64,000 nt of DNA from a virus. Lineage: Duplodnaviria; Caudoviricetes. Both the position numbers and the translations under genes were made by a program. Positions 53,642 through 63,130 of this stretch are shown here, one piece after another; the stretch's first letter is position 1; each line of letters starts with the position of its first letter. Location: positions 2,204 to 66,203 of IMG/VR virus record IMGVR_UViG_3300008110_000042; one strand, given 5' to 3'. The notes under the pieces were generated by a model. The model saw nothing but the letters and a program-made list of their open reading frames with translations. It searched no databases and was not told where the DNA came from.

Positions 53642-54359
53642 TATCTTTTTCCTCGTCTAGTAGTTTAAGAATGTCTTGAATAATTTGCTCTTCATCAGGA
53701 GAGCGATCCTCACGGCATGACATACACAGTTCACAGTTACAAAGATCACCAAGCAATCCTTCAGTTAGAATGTGAAACCATTCTTCAAACCTTTGGGTTG
53801 CTTTTTCTTTGTACTTCTTTTCTGTACCGTCATTACGAAGTAAGTAATTAAAGACATCAGAATAATTCTTGTCTTCATTTTCTAATGAGTTAGCCATTGC
53901 TTCTGACTCATGCTTTCTCCACTCAGCAGTATCTTCGGGCAACACACGATTACCATGTGATACAAAGACAGTCAATGCTCGTAGTTCACGGGCAGCGGCA
54001 ACCTCATTCATGTATCGGCAGTCATCTACAATGACAACCTTCTCATGCCATGTCTCTGGGTCTTGGTCTAATGCTTTCTTTTCTTGTTCGTATAAGAACT
54101 TAATCTTTTCTTTAAACTTCTTTACCCAGAAGTCGGAGTCAATAGTTCTCATGTCTGAACCAAGAGTCTGGCAAAATGCACGATACTCTTCTGGGTTCTT
54201 GTCTTTTGAGAAGCCTCTTGTTTCTGCTTCTTCCTTTAAAGCCTGAGCAAAAGGAAGTAAGATAGGCGAGTAGCCTTCATTGTAAGCGTATTCACTTAGC
54301 CATTTGGCCAGTGTTGTTTTGCCCACGCGGGCCTTTCCACCGATCATTATTATTAGCAT
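53628..54359 (-). CDS. deoxynucleoside monophosphate kinase-like P-loop kinase
   Basis: GGKARVGKTT, FA.ALK, DDCRY.NE and H.SE. Confidence 0.8.
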   Translation of the reverse strand: MLIIMIGGKARVGKTTLAKWLSEYAYNEGYSPILLPFAQALKEEAETRGFSKDKNPEEYRAFCQTLGSDMRTIDSDFWVKKFKEKIKFLYEQEKKALDQDPETWHEKVVIVDDCRYMNEVAAARELRALTVFVSHGNRVLPEDTAEWRKHESEAMANSLENEDKNYSDVFNYLLRNDGTEKKYKEKATQRFEEWFHILTEGLLGDLCNCELCMSCREDRSPDEEQIIQDILKLLDEEKDNGKT

Positions 54360-54795
54360 GTAAGCTCTCCCATAGTTCCTTTGGACTGAAGAGGTCAGGG
54401 ATATCCCAACCTTTAAACTTTAAATAGTCACAGATAAATGTAACACAACTAGCTGGTTTCTTCATACCAAAGAAACGACCAACTGCACAATAAAAGATCA
54501 TCTTAACCGCGTTAATCTTCGGATAGGTTTGGAAGAATGTAAAGTCAGCAGAAGATAACTCAAGATCGCCAATGTTATACTCATAATACTTTTCTGCTTT
54601 TAGTTTAGATAAAGTTTTTACCTTTGTAATTTCAGCAGCCTTACCATCAATAACAATAACAGCTATTGGTGGTTCGGTACTAAACTCAAGATGAGCATGA
54701 GTATGCTTAGCATTAGTAAGTATCCGAATAAAGGCATAACGCCACGCTTGTATTGGCTTGAATTTATAGAAACAAATTTTAACATTAACTCTCAT
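54292..54795 (-). CDS. permuted papain-like (NlpC/P60 superfamily) protein
   Basis: His in HTHAHL precedes Cys in SCVTF; ends with SP.EL. Confidence 0.5.
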   Translation of the reverse strand: MRVNVKICFYKFKPIQAWRYAFIRILTNAKHTHAHLEFSTEPPIAVIVIDGKAAEITKVKTLSKLKAEKYYEYNIGDLELSSADFTFFQTYPKINAVKMIFYCAVGRFFGMKKPASCVTFICDYLKFKGWDIPDLFSPKELWESLHANNNDRWKGPRGQNNTGQMAK

Positions 54796-55117
54796 AAAAG
54801 ATTGGCATCCCTAAATATGTTGCGAGTGAATGCTCAACTCTTGCTCCTTCAGAATGCTCCCATCCATGCAGCATTACCATAGCATTGCAGTTTAGAATTG
54901 CATCAAGATCCCTCTTCATGCATGAGCGGAGGTGTTCCTTAGAATCCTCTGCTGTTGTTGGATCAAAGCCTTCATCCTCATCCATACGGGCGGGATTATA
55001 AATCTTTTCAATCATTGGGTTCTTTACCCACTTCTTCTCTGCATTATAGAAAGCATCAAAGTTGTGGTTCGGGTATCCCCGCATAGGACCAGCAATGTAC
55101 ATAGTAAGTGAACTCAT
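54785..55117 (-). CDS. DUF4406 / nucleoside 2-deoxyribosyltransferase-like protein
   Basis: YIAGPMRG..N..AF, NPA and L.GWE.S.GAR.E. Confidence 0.85.
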   Translation of the reverse strand: MSSLTMYIAGPMRGYPNHNFDAFYNAEKKWVKNPMIEKIYNPARMDEDEGFDPTTAEDSKEHLRSCMKRDLDAILNCNAMVMLHGWEHSEGARVEHSLATYLGMPIFYES

Positions 55118-55125
55118 ATTACTCC

Positions 55126-56817
55126 TTAGTGGGTTTCTGCCCAATTATTACCGATGCGATACTCAGCATCAATACGAATATTAAGATTAAGCTGCTCACC
55201 AGCAGTCGTTGCAGCAGCAGTCACAGCCTTGCCAAACTCATCGGCAACAGACTTGGGACAACTGTACTGCAACTCGTCATGGATATAAGCCAGCTGATTG
55301 GCGCGTAGGCGCGTTGCTGCTTTGCTAGCCTCAACCATCCAGTACTTCGATACGATGGCTCCTGAGCCTTGCAGGAGGGTATTGAGGGCAGCGTGTTCGC
55401 TACGGACGGGTACGCTTCTACCATCGGGTAGTCGTACCTTGCCTGTCTTGATTGTCTCAAAGCGTACAGCATCCTGTACTTTAGCAAGTGCAGGGATTTC
55501 CTTTTGGAAACGCTCACGCAATTTACGAGCGGCATCAACAGAGCAGTCGCATACCATAGCAATCTTCTTATCGCCAGCACCATAAAGGTAAGCGTAGATG
55601 AATGACTTGGCAAGCGAACGACTAGACAAACCAGCAGCATGTTGATTGTGTGTATGAATGTCACCAGTAAGCAGCACCTTAGCATACTCACCATTGTCAT
55701 ACTTAGCCATGAAGTGAGCAAGCATACGCAGCTCAAGACCTGACAAGTCAGCACCAACCAAAGACTCACCAGCATTTGCAACCCATAGTTCTCTTGCACG
55801 GTGGTCGCCACTTACCTGAGCAATGTTAGGTTGGCTGTGTGTGCAACGACCTGTAGCAGCACCTTGTGCATTGATGCCACCGTGGATACGATGATCTCTG
55901 CTAGATGTTACACGGGTGTTCCAGTCTTCAACCATACCCATAAGCTTGACTGTGTTAAAGTACTCAGTCAACTTCTTTGCTTCGGGATAGTCAAGAGTAG
56001 CAAGCACTGCTTCGTCTACCTTGGGATTTCCCTTGTCAGTTAGTGGTGGTTCCCATCCATACTTCTCATTTAAGCGGGATGCAATTTGCTGTCGGCTACC
56101 GGGATTAAAGATCTCAATCTTATCCTTTAGTCTTTTGCCTGTCTTTTCTGAATGACGGATAATGATCTTGTTAGGAAAGATCTCACGCATTTCATCTTCA
56201 ATACCAAGCTTCTCAAGCATAAGCTTTTGATACAGCTTGTCTCCTGCATCACTGTCATAATTAAATCCATGCTCTACTTGCTCCATTAGAACTTCAGATA
56301 CACTACTCTCAAAGCGAACTAGTTCTTTGTTCTTTGTAATGAATTGTTTCTGGGCTTGATAGATAGCCATGCCTAGTCTGACATCTTGTAAGCAGTAAGT
56401 ACCCATCTCATCTGAGTACTGGCTCCATCCACCCTTGTAATCTATCTTGGGATACTTAAGATACTTACCCCAAGATTCCAGAGAGTTATCACCTAGTGGG
56501 TGATTGTTAATATCTGGATGCATTAACTTGCTGATAACGAGCGTATCAACAATGCACTTCGGTCGCGCCATCCCATGCAGTCTACGCATCACGGGAAAAT
56601 CGTAGCCCCAGATATTGTGTCCGATAATCACGGGCATCTCACTGAGGTACTTGACCAGATCTTTCATCTGGTGTTCTAACCAAAGGATAGGATCTTCGTC
56701 ATTGACCTTAGTAGCGGCACACAGAATTCTAGTAACCTCTGCATAAGGCTTACCCTTACTATCAAGGATTAGTTCACCAAGTCCGTTACCTTCAATGTCA
56801 AGGACGCATACCTTCAT
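55126..56817 (-). CDS. family A DNA polymerase with 3'-5' exonuclease
   Basis: DIE, GHN..YD, ATGRCTHS.PN, DLSGLELR, AKSFIYAYLYG and IHDE. Confidence 0.95.
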   Translation of the reverse strand: MKVCVLDIEGNGLGELILDSKGKPYAEVTRILCAATKVNDEDPILWLEHQMKDLVKYLSEMPVIIGHNIWGYDFPVMRRLHGMARPKCIVDTLVISKLMHPDINNHPLGDNSLESWGKYLKYPKIDYKGGWSQYSDEMGTYCLQDVRLGMAIYQAQKQFITKNKELVRFESSVSEVLMEQVEHGFNYDSDAGDKLYQKLMLEKLGIEDEMREIFPNKIIIRHSEKTGKRLKDKIEIFNPGSRQQIASRLNEKYGWEPPLTDKGNPKVDEAVLATLDYPEAKKLTEYFNTVKLMGMVEDWNTRVTSSRDHRIHGGINAQGAATGRCTHSQPNIAQVSGDHRARELWVANAGESLVGADLSGLELRMLAHFMAKYDNGEYAKVLLTGDIHTHNQHAAGLSSRSLAKSFIYAYLYGAGDKKIAMVCDCSVDAARKLRERFQKEIPALAKVQDAVRFETIKTGKVRLPDGRSVPVRSEHAALNTLLQGSGAIVSKYWMVEASKAATRLRANQLAYIHDELQYSCPKSVADEFGKAVTAAATTAGEQLNLNIRIDAEYRIGNNWAETH

Positions 56818-58539
56818 TTAGTTCTCCTCTGGGTCAAAGACAAGAGAGCCATCCTCTGCCATAGCAAAGCCGATCTCTTTCAAACGACCCGTAGTGTGGT
56901 CATAAAATAGTGTTGCTGCAATACCAGCCCTACCTGTCAGGCGATTCTTGAGAACACGAACAATTGTAGTATTGGCAATCTTGTGGTCTGTGTTCTGACG
57001 ATCACGCTCAAGAGCAATAACTGTGTTAGGCACACTAGCCAAAGCACCAGAGCCACGCAGATCTTGCAAAGTAATTCGATCACCTTCTTCATAAGCCTTC
57101 TCTGATTTTTTAAGCTGCGATACAATGTCAATATGCACACCAGTACGAACAGCCAATGCTCTTAGTTCTTTCATAAGTGTATCAATAATGATTCGTTCAG
57201 AACCACCACCCTCAACATCTTTGTCAGACATGCTCATAAGACCAGCGGCTGCTGCCGTGATATGGTCTAGGACAATGACCTGAACACCAAGAGACACAGC
57301 CATAAACTCCATACGAGCAAGCAGATTCTGCATGGCATTGTTGCCAAGGTGATCATAGATATAGAAGCTAGTCTCGCTTAGCTTACGCTTAGCAGTGTAG
57401 TACTCTTCATCTGTAAGATCATCAATCATCTGCATGTTGATAGGATTCTTACCCATCTGTACCCGTAGCTCATTCATCATACGACAAGCACGGATAGCAC
57501 GGACAGGCTTGTTAAGCATAAGGCTAATCATGTCATCCATTGTCTCCTGCGGAGACTCCTCAAGCATGATACAACCTACGCTGCGACCTTCTGTAAGATG
57601 GTGCATCATAAGTTCGCGGAGGATAGTAGACTTACCTGAGCCAGTACCAGATGCCCATAGACTAATCTCTCCACCACGCTGACCAATCAGGAACTCTGAT
57701 AGACCATCGTATGGGAAGGGATACACCTTACTGTTTGTTATAGTCTCTGATGCATCTACAATCTTAGAGATATGTAGAATCTCATCTGGAGAATACTGGT
57801 GGGCTTCCCAGATAGCAGACACAAGCTGCTTAGTCTGAGCATTGACAAGACACTCATTGGCATCCTTGTAAGGAAGCTTAGCAATCTTGCACTTGCCCGG
57901 TGGTAGTAGTTCGGCAACCTCATTGGCTGCTTTAATACCCGGCTCATCCATGTCAAAACACAGAACAACTTCTGCATAAGAGTTAACAAACTCTAGGTTA
58001 TCACGGATAGATTTAGCTGCTGACTGCGCTCCATTTGGGATGGAGACTACAGGCCAAGTACCACCAAGAACTTGATTGACAGTCATGCAGTCAATCTCAC
58101 CCTCAGTAATCACAAGTCGCTTGCCACCATTCTTCCATAGGTTCTGACCATAAAGCTCAGCACTCTTGGCTGATCCCTTCCAAGCAAACTGCTTGTTAGG
58201 ACCACGAAGATGTTGACCAATCAACTCACCATTGGTATAGTAGTTAGCAATCTGAACTTCCTTGCCATTGACCTTAGCTACCTGATAGCCATAGAGTCGG
58301 CAAGTCTTTTCCGTAATACCGCGATCTTCAAGATCAATGTAAGAACCAGTGAGAGTCTTAAACTCTTTAGGTTGTAGCGTAACAGTCTCATCGGTCATCT
58401 CTTTTCCTTTTGTATTACGGTGATAACTACACTTGAAACAATACACATGGTCATCATAGACCGCAAGATTGTCTCCACTGCGGTCTTCACCATTAGCCGC
58501 GCAGCGTGGACATTCTGTTTTCTTTTGAAATAAGCTCAT
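56818..58539 (-). CDS. primase-helicase (gp4-like)
   Basis: CPRC...YCFKC Zn finger, TEGEID and FDMD TOPRIM motifs, GTGSGKST, LDHI, LRGSG and KNRLTG. Confidence 0.95.
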   Translation of the reverse strand: MSLFQKKTECPRCAANGEDRSGDNLAVYDDHVYCFKCSYHRNTKGKEMTDETVTLQPKEFKTLTGSYIDLEDRGITEKTCRLYGYQVAKVNGKEVQIANYYTNGELIGQHLRGPNKQFAWKGSAKSAELYGQNLWKNGGKRLVITEGEIDCMTVNQVLGGTWPVVSIPNGAQSAAKSIRDNLEFVNSYAEVVLCFDMDEPGIKAANEVAELLPPGKCKIAKLPYKDANECLVNAQTKQLVSAIWEAHQYSPDEILHISKIVDASETITNSKVYPFPYDGLSEFLIGQRGGEISLWASGTGSGKSTILRELMMHHLTEGRSVGCIMLEESPQETMDDMISLMLNKPVRAIRACRMMNELRVQMGKNPINMQMIDDLTDEEYYTAKRKLSETSFYIYDHLGNNAMQNLLARMEFMAVSLGVQVIVLDHITAAAAGLMSMSDKDVEGGGSERIIIDTLMKELRALAVRTGVHIDIVSQLKKSEKAYEEGDRITLQDLRGSGALASVPNTVIALERDRQNTDHKIANTTIVRVLKNRLTGRAGIAATLFYDHTTGRLKEIGFAMAEDGSLVFDPEEN

Positions 58540-58545
58540 TCATTT

Positions 58546-58863
58546 TTACCTCACCGAGTGAGTAAAGTCATCGTGAAACTCAATATCAGCACTTACTTTA
58601 ATAATGCGAACAATCTTAAGAAGTAGTGCGCGTGGCATGCTGAATGAAACAACAGGCTCCTCATTAATACCGCGCAAACCACCACGATCTTCTGGAGTTT
58701 CGTTAATAACAAAGTGAGCACTATCTGAATTCTTATCAAACTCAATCTTCATATAATGATTCTTTGATGGTACAATATCTCCACCAACAATAATCATTGG
58801 ACCAGTACCAACTGGGAAGTTCATCTGCAACCACTCATCACTAAGAACATTATCATTAAACAT
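58546..58863 (-). CDS. hypothetical protein
   Basis: ORF track; start at MFNDN. Confidence 0.6.
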   Translation of the reverse strand: MFNDNVLSDEWLQMNFPVGTGPMIIVGGDIVPSKNHYMKIEFDKNSDSAHFVINETPEDRGGLRGINEEPVVSFSMPRALLLKIVRIIKVSADIEFHDDFTHSVR

Positions 58864-59087
58864 TATTCGTCTTTGCCTTTTCCCCAACCTAATTCGATTG
58901 GATAAGAGTTTGTGTAGGATTTAAAAGCAGCTGCAATATTATTCTTTAAATCGTCACGCTGCTCAACCAGTTTATTATACTTTGCTTGAGTTGAAGTACC
59001 ATCTGTTTCAATACGACCAACCTTATAACTAAGTGCCGCAAGATCATAGACCATCTCTTCAAGTTCGCTTAGTGTCTTTGTCTTCAT
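58863..59087 (-). CDS. hypothetical protein
   Basis: ORF track. Confidence 0.55.
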   Translation of the reverse strand: MKTKTLSELEEMVYDLAALSYKVGRIETDGTSTQAKYNKLVEQRDDLKNNIAAAFKSYTNSYPIELGWGKGKDE

Positions 59088-59217
59088 TGTCTTTTAGTTT
59101 CTTTAAAGCTTTGTCGAATTTTTTGTTGATACGATCAAGAGATCTAAAGATGGCATCATAGTTTTCTTCGTATTTCTTACGATCAACTGGACGATATTTA
59201 CTTCCTTTGCCGTTCAT
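59059..59217 (-). CDS. small protein with GKGS..RP...Y..NYD.IF motif (52 aa)
   Basis: Manual translation; ATGA coupling. Confidence 0.6.
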   Translation of the reverse strand: MNGKGSKYRPVDRKKYEENYDAIFRSLDRINKKFDKALKKLKDNEDKDTKRT

Positions 59218-59390
59218 ATTTTTTTATCCTTTGTAATTAAATAACCCCATCCTCTGGCCTTGGCTGCAGCAGTAACCGACAGCTTACCATGAATGGCATC
59301 ATATGCAATCAATTCCCTACGGGCTTGGTCTCTTTCGTGGGTAACCAACTCTAACTCTTGAACGGCCTGAGATAGAGGATCATCGCTCAC
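59214..59390 (-). CDS. small protein with ERD.ARR...RGW motif (58 aa)
   Basis: Manual translation from GTG; coupled at both ends. Confidence 0.55.
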   Translation of the reverse strand: MSDDPLSQAVQELELVTHERDQARRELIAYDAIHGKLSVTAAAKARGWGYLITKDKKI

Positions 59391-59647
59391 TGTAGACCAA
59401 GCTCCTCATCTAGTTCTACAAGCCGATCCATAGCCTGCTGTGGTTCAAAGGCCTTCTTACAATCCTTCTCGGTAATACCAAGCAGCAGGAAGAAAGCACT
59501 TAGTGACATTGACTCGCCTTCGATATGTACAAAGTGATCATACCAACCATTGATATCCAGTCGATTAGCAGAGGGAGTCCAAGTAATCTCAACACCAGCA
59601 CTAGGATCATACTTCTTATTACGGGGTAATGTTAGGGTCTTAGGCAT
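59387..59647 (-). CDS. hypothetical protein
   Basis: Start at MPKTL after GGAGG. Confidence 0.6.
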   Translation of the reverse strand: MPKTLTLPRNKKYDPSAGVEITWTPSANRLDINGWYDHFVHIEGESMSLSAFFLLLGITEKDCKKAFEPQQAMDRLVELDEELGLQ

Positions 59648-59906
59648 TGCCGTCCTCCATAAAGAAGTTTTTCTCATTAATTTCCTCAGACCGCTTATCA
59701 AGTTCCTCTTGCAACTTCTTGCCAGCATCGGACTGCTTCCACGCTTCGATGACAGGATGGTTGCAAGAGCAGACAAGAGCCTCTTCGGTGTTCGGGCCTA
59801 CAAGCAAGCCGTCCCATTCAACACACCAATGCCAACCCTGATCCCACTCTTCGGGGGTGAGATCCTGTCCTGTGCTGTTGAGTTCAATGTAGCGTTCACG
59901 ATTCAT
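59640..59906 (-). CDS. hypothetical protein (GWHWC.EWDGL)
   Basis: ORF track. Confidence 0.65.
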   Translation of the reverse strand: MNRERYIELNSTGQDLTPEEWDQGWHWCVEWDGLLVGPNTEEALVCSCNHPVIEAWKQSDAGKKLQEELDKRSEEINEKNFFMEDGNA

Positions 59907-60225
59907 TTAAGTCTTCCTTCGGTATGTTATAGTAACTCATGTATGGAGAAAAGTCAATATTGTTTTTCTTGAGTGTTTCTTCAAGATGCACTATATGCAT
60001 CGACATCCGAAATACAAACTCACGAATTTCTTCCTCTTTCCACTTGTCCCGAATCCTATCTGCCGCATCCAAAATTACATCACTCATACGAGGGGAACAA
60101 TTGCGCTGCTCATGCCGTTCGTAGATCATCTTATCTATAATTTCAGGCTGACCAATGCCTCGCTTGATCTTGTAGTATTCATCAAGGAACGGATCATTGG
60201 TCACATTGTCGTAGTCATCAGTCAT
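59896..60225 (-). CDS. hypothetical protein
   Basis: Start at MTDDY after AGGAGG. Confidence 0.6.
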   Translation of the reverse strand: MTDDYDNVTNDPFLDEYYKIKRGIGQPEIIDKMIYERHEQRNCSPRMSDVILDAADRIRDKWKEEEIREFVFRMSMHIVHLEETLKKNNIDFSPYMSYYNIPKEDLNES

Positions 60226-60448
60226 TACCGTGCCTCCTAAAGTATCCAAGCAATCCACCGTGATCCCAAGACTCTTGGCGTAGTTCATCAGCTTCTCGTA
60301 TAGCTTCATCACGCTCCTTGCGGAGTTCCTTTATATACGCGACCACCTGATTAAAGACATCCTCAGTCACACTGAATTGCATGAACCGAGACTTGTATGC
60401 CAAGAAGCGATCAAGAATATCCACACCGTTTGAATCTATATCAGGCAT
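60218..60448 (-). CDS. small protein with KERDEA motif
   Basis: ORF track; AGGAG RBS. Confidence 0.6.
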   Translation of the reverse strand: MPDIDSNGVDILDRFLAYKSRFMQFSVTEDVFNQVVAYIKELRKERDEAIREADELRQESWDHGGLLGYFRRHGND

Positions 60449-60932
60449 GCTTATCTCCTAGGATTTTTCTAAGTGCTTCTTCTTCTTGGAGCCAATCAAG
60501 ATAGGCTTCATCGTTATTATTCTGAAAACAATCAAGCAACTCTGTCTTTGTTCTACGCCCAAACCACGCCTCTTCAGGCACATTGGGTTTATCATTACTG
60601 CCCTCTAACTGATAGACATAAGCCATATCAATATGATAGTCCTGATAAACCTTTACTGTATAGCGGTCTTTAAAATTAGCGGGATTGATTTCAATCTTCT
60701 TATAAGGGACAAAGAACTGGCGTACTGCTTTCTTCATTACATAACGAACCCATTTAATATCTTCAAACGGTAGTGGGCTGCTATCAGTATACCAGTTACC
60801 AATACTGTAGGCTTGTTCGTCTACTGCTTTGTATTCTGGACACATACAAAGCTTATATGGAATCGTCTGTCCATCCTTGGGACCACCGTTGAATACAACA
60901 ATCTGTGGCTGTTCAGATATTTTGTTCAGCAT
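60441..60932 (-). CDS. hypothetical protein (FNGGP.DG)
   Basis: ORF track. Confidence 0.65.
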   Translation of the reverse strand: MLNKISEQPQIVVFNGGPKDGQTIPYKLCMCPEYKAVDEQAYSIGNWYTDSSPLPFEDIKWVRYVMKKAVRQFFVPYKKIEINPANFKDRYTVKVYQDYHIDMAYVYQLEGSNDKPNVPEEAWFGRRTKTELLDCFQNNNDEAYLDWLQEEEALRKILGDKHA

Positions 60933-61276
60933 ATAATCTTACCTTCCTCGTTAGAGTAAACGATTCGATCAAACACATGGGAACACCAAGGCATACAGAA
61001 CTTGCACGGCCTAGCCATTCCTAATCTACCTGTCTTACTAAATCTAAAGTTATAAAGAACCATCTTATCATGTGGTGTCTTTATCTTTCGGAAGGCATCC
61101 AACTCAGAATGAAGATATGGATACATGTACCCATACTCAGCAGTCTTAGGATGAGTCTTCCAATTGTTAGTACCCAGAGCAAGCAGCCTATTCTTTCTAA
61201 CGATCAACGATATATGCGCCCTGTCTCTATCGACAGTCGATGCAATATGTTTAGCTAGATCAATCCACTGTTCCAT
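60926..61276 (-). CDS. Zn-dependent cytidine/dCMP deaminase-fold protein
   Basis: HSE...RPCKFC; start moved to MEQW. Confidence 0.8.
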   Translation of the reverse strand: MEQWIDLAKHIASTVDRDRAHISLIVRKNRLLALGTNNWKTHPKTAEYGYMYPYLHSELDAFRKIKTPHDKMVLYNFRFSKTGRLGMARPCKFCMPWCSHVFDRIVYSNEEGKIIC

Positions 61277-61916
61277 TAAGAGCCTTCCAAGACATTGGGA
61301 ACGCCTGAGCACATGCATCATCAAGACACATGGCAACCTGTCGGCATTCGTTCTGAGCATGGGCATCAAGCCGTAGCTGGCACACACGGGCAAAGCCGTA
61401 CAGAGAACCCGTCCAGTACCACTCAGTCATCATAGACTGAGGAAGCACGGCACGGGCTTGCTCCGGGCATACACCGTTGGCAAGCATGAGGCTATAGGTC
61501 AACATACAATAACGCATGGCATCTTCAAAGATATCTTGAGACTCCAAAGGATCATCGACTAGATCATCCATAGATCCCTGCTTCTTGTTTTCAGCCTTCT
61601 TTCTCCAGTTACCATCTGGACTCCAGAAGGTTGGATCATAGTCAACATAGCGGCGGCTTACTTCATTCCAAGCAAACCCGACCTGATGCTTCTGCAACTG
61701 TCGGGCAACAAAGATAGGAGCCTTGATTCTAAATTGTAGAGTACAATGAGCGAAAGGACTCCAGTGATTATGCTTTGCCAAGTACTTGATAAGCTTACTA
61801 TTCTGCTCTTCTGTGTAGTTGGCAGCTTCTTTGCTGAACGACACTCTAGCAGCATCAACAACCGTGTTGTCTGTTCCCATCTTGTCGATCAACTCAACTG
61901 AAATATTTTCGTACAT
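61260..61916 (-). CDS. thyX: flavin-dependent thymidylate synthase
   Basis: AARVSF, HWSPF, RQLQKHQ...NEVSRRY, EQAR and HAQ.E. Confidence 0.93.
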   Translation of the reverse strand: MYENISVELIDKMGTDNTVVDAARVSFSKEAANYTEEQNSKLIKYLAKHNHWSPFAHCTLQFRIKAPIFVARQLQKHQVGFAWNEVSRRYVDYDPTFWSPDGNWRKKAENKKQGSMDDLVDDPLESQDIFEDAMRYCMLTYSLMLANGVCPEQARAVLPQSMMTEWYWTGSLYGFARVCQLRLDAHAQNECRQVAMCLDDACAQAFPMSWKALNGTVD

Positions 61917-61929
61917 GATTCTCCTTTTG

Positions 61930-61963
61930 AAAAAAGGAAAGGGGATTTCTCCCCTCTCCCTTT
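61930..61963 (-). terminator. intrinsic terminator-like hairpin after the resolvase
   Basis: GGGAGAGGGGA-GAAA-TCCCCTTTCCT followed by TTTTT. Confidence 0.6.
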
Positions 61964-62333
61964 AGTTAGATACTTCTAATGTGAAGTAACCATCTTCACC
62001 TTTATTAGCCCACTGTTTAGATACATAGAGTGATGTGATCTGAGAGTCATCCTTCCAGATCTTAGTATTCATTGTATCCAGAACAGCCTTAGCAAAGTTG
62101 TCTATGTCTGCCTTTGGCCATCCTCTTTCAGTAGACTTTGGTTGCTTTACATACAGTTCTATTGTTACTGATAGCTCACCCTCAAGGGCTTGCCAACTAG
62201 TACCAATAGTATCCCATACAATTTCAGAGGCTTTCTCTCTGAACTCTTTGTATGTGCCTGTATAGTATGCACCCCATTTACCAACCCGTGGTCTTGAAGC
62301 AGCCACGGGATTGATATTAAACTTCCAGTTCAC
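61962..62333 (-). CDS. rusA: RusA-like Holliday junction resolvase
   Basis: RPR, DIDN..KAVLD and WKDDSQI. Confidence 0.88.
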   Translation of the reverse strand: MNWKFNINPVAASRPRVGKWGAYYTGTYKEFREKASEIVWDTIGTSWQALEGELSVTIELYVKQPKSTERGWPKADIDNFAKAVLDTMNTKIWKDDSQITSLYVSKQWANKGEDGYFTLEVSN

Positions 62334-62870
62334 TTAGAATGGAAGGTCTTCGTCCTCAGTCTCTTCAACTTCGGGCGCAGACTTTGGGGTTGCTGCGCCA
62401 ACAAACCCACCATCGACAGCACTAAAGCCACCGCCAGTAGATCCGGTCATGTTGTTGGCATTCTTCTCTACGATCTGGATACCATTAAGATAAACAGACA
62501 GACTGTTATCACGGGCGACAACAGCAGGGGCAAGCTTCAGTCGAACCTTGTCACCGCCAAATGGAACCGCATCAGTTTCCTGTGCAGCAGAGTCAACGCA
62601 AGGGAACTTACCCTGCTCTACATAGACACGGCTCTTAGCCTTGAGTGTCTTGACTCCATCCTTCTCCATGATACCATTGATCTTCTTAGCACCAGACTGC
62701 TTGAGCAACTCAGCGAGCTTCTTCTCAAGAGTCTTGTCCAGAAGAATCGTAATGTTATGATTAGCAGAAGCCTCACCAAAAGCCGTGTCTGGCTTAAGGA
62801 GATTGCTCCACTTAACTTCAGAAACCTCAGTCACAAACTGAGGCATCTTCTTCATCTTCTTATTAACCAT
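62334..62870 (-). CDS. single-stranded DNA-binding protein (gp2.5-like)
   Basis: W..L.KPDT.F, L.GIQIV, acidic tail ending EDEDLPF. Confidence 0.85.
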   Translation of the reverse strand: MVNKKMKKMPQFVTEVSEVKWSNLLKPDTAFGEASANHNITILLDKTLEKKLAELLKQSGAKKINGIMEKDGVKTLKAKSRVYVEQGKFPCVDSAAQETDAVPFGGDKVRLKLAPAVVARDNSLSVYLNGIQIVEKNANNMTGSTGGGFSAVDGGFVGAATPKSAPEVEETEDEDLPF

Positions 62871-63072
62871 TAGTGGTCTTATCCTTATTCATTTCGCCAG
62901 TGATTTGATTCACTTGCATGTTCAGGTCGTTAACAATAGCACTCAGACCGGAAGCAAGTCCGCTGAGATACGCAACTACGCTATCACTACGGATAGCAGG
63001 AACCATTTCCTGTGCGGGAGTGGTGGTAGCTTCAGTAACAACGCCATCAACCATTTCAGTTTCAGTATTCAT
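62863..63072 (-). CDS. hypothetical protein
   Basis: Start at MNTET after AAGGAG. Confidence 0.6.
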   Translation of the reverse strand: MNTETEMVDGVVTEATTTPAQEMVPAIRSDSVVAYLSGLASGLSAIVNDLNMQVNQITGEMNKDKTTNG

Positions 63073-63104
63073 AATTTCTTTTCTCCTTTCTGATATACAG
63101 TATA

Positions 63105-63126
63105 TCTGTAGCCCCAACCATAGGGC
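63105..63126 (-). promoter_or_regulatory. candidate phage RNAP promoter, copy 4
   Basis: GCCCTATGGTTGGGGCTACAGA; intergenic, ahead of the SSB/replication block. Confidence 0.7.
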
Positions 63127-63130
63127 TTAT

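Noticed and set aside
50456-58539. Introns or inteins in RNR, DNA polymerase or helicase
   Set aside because: The genes are compact and continuous, with no intein or homing-endonuclease motifs.
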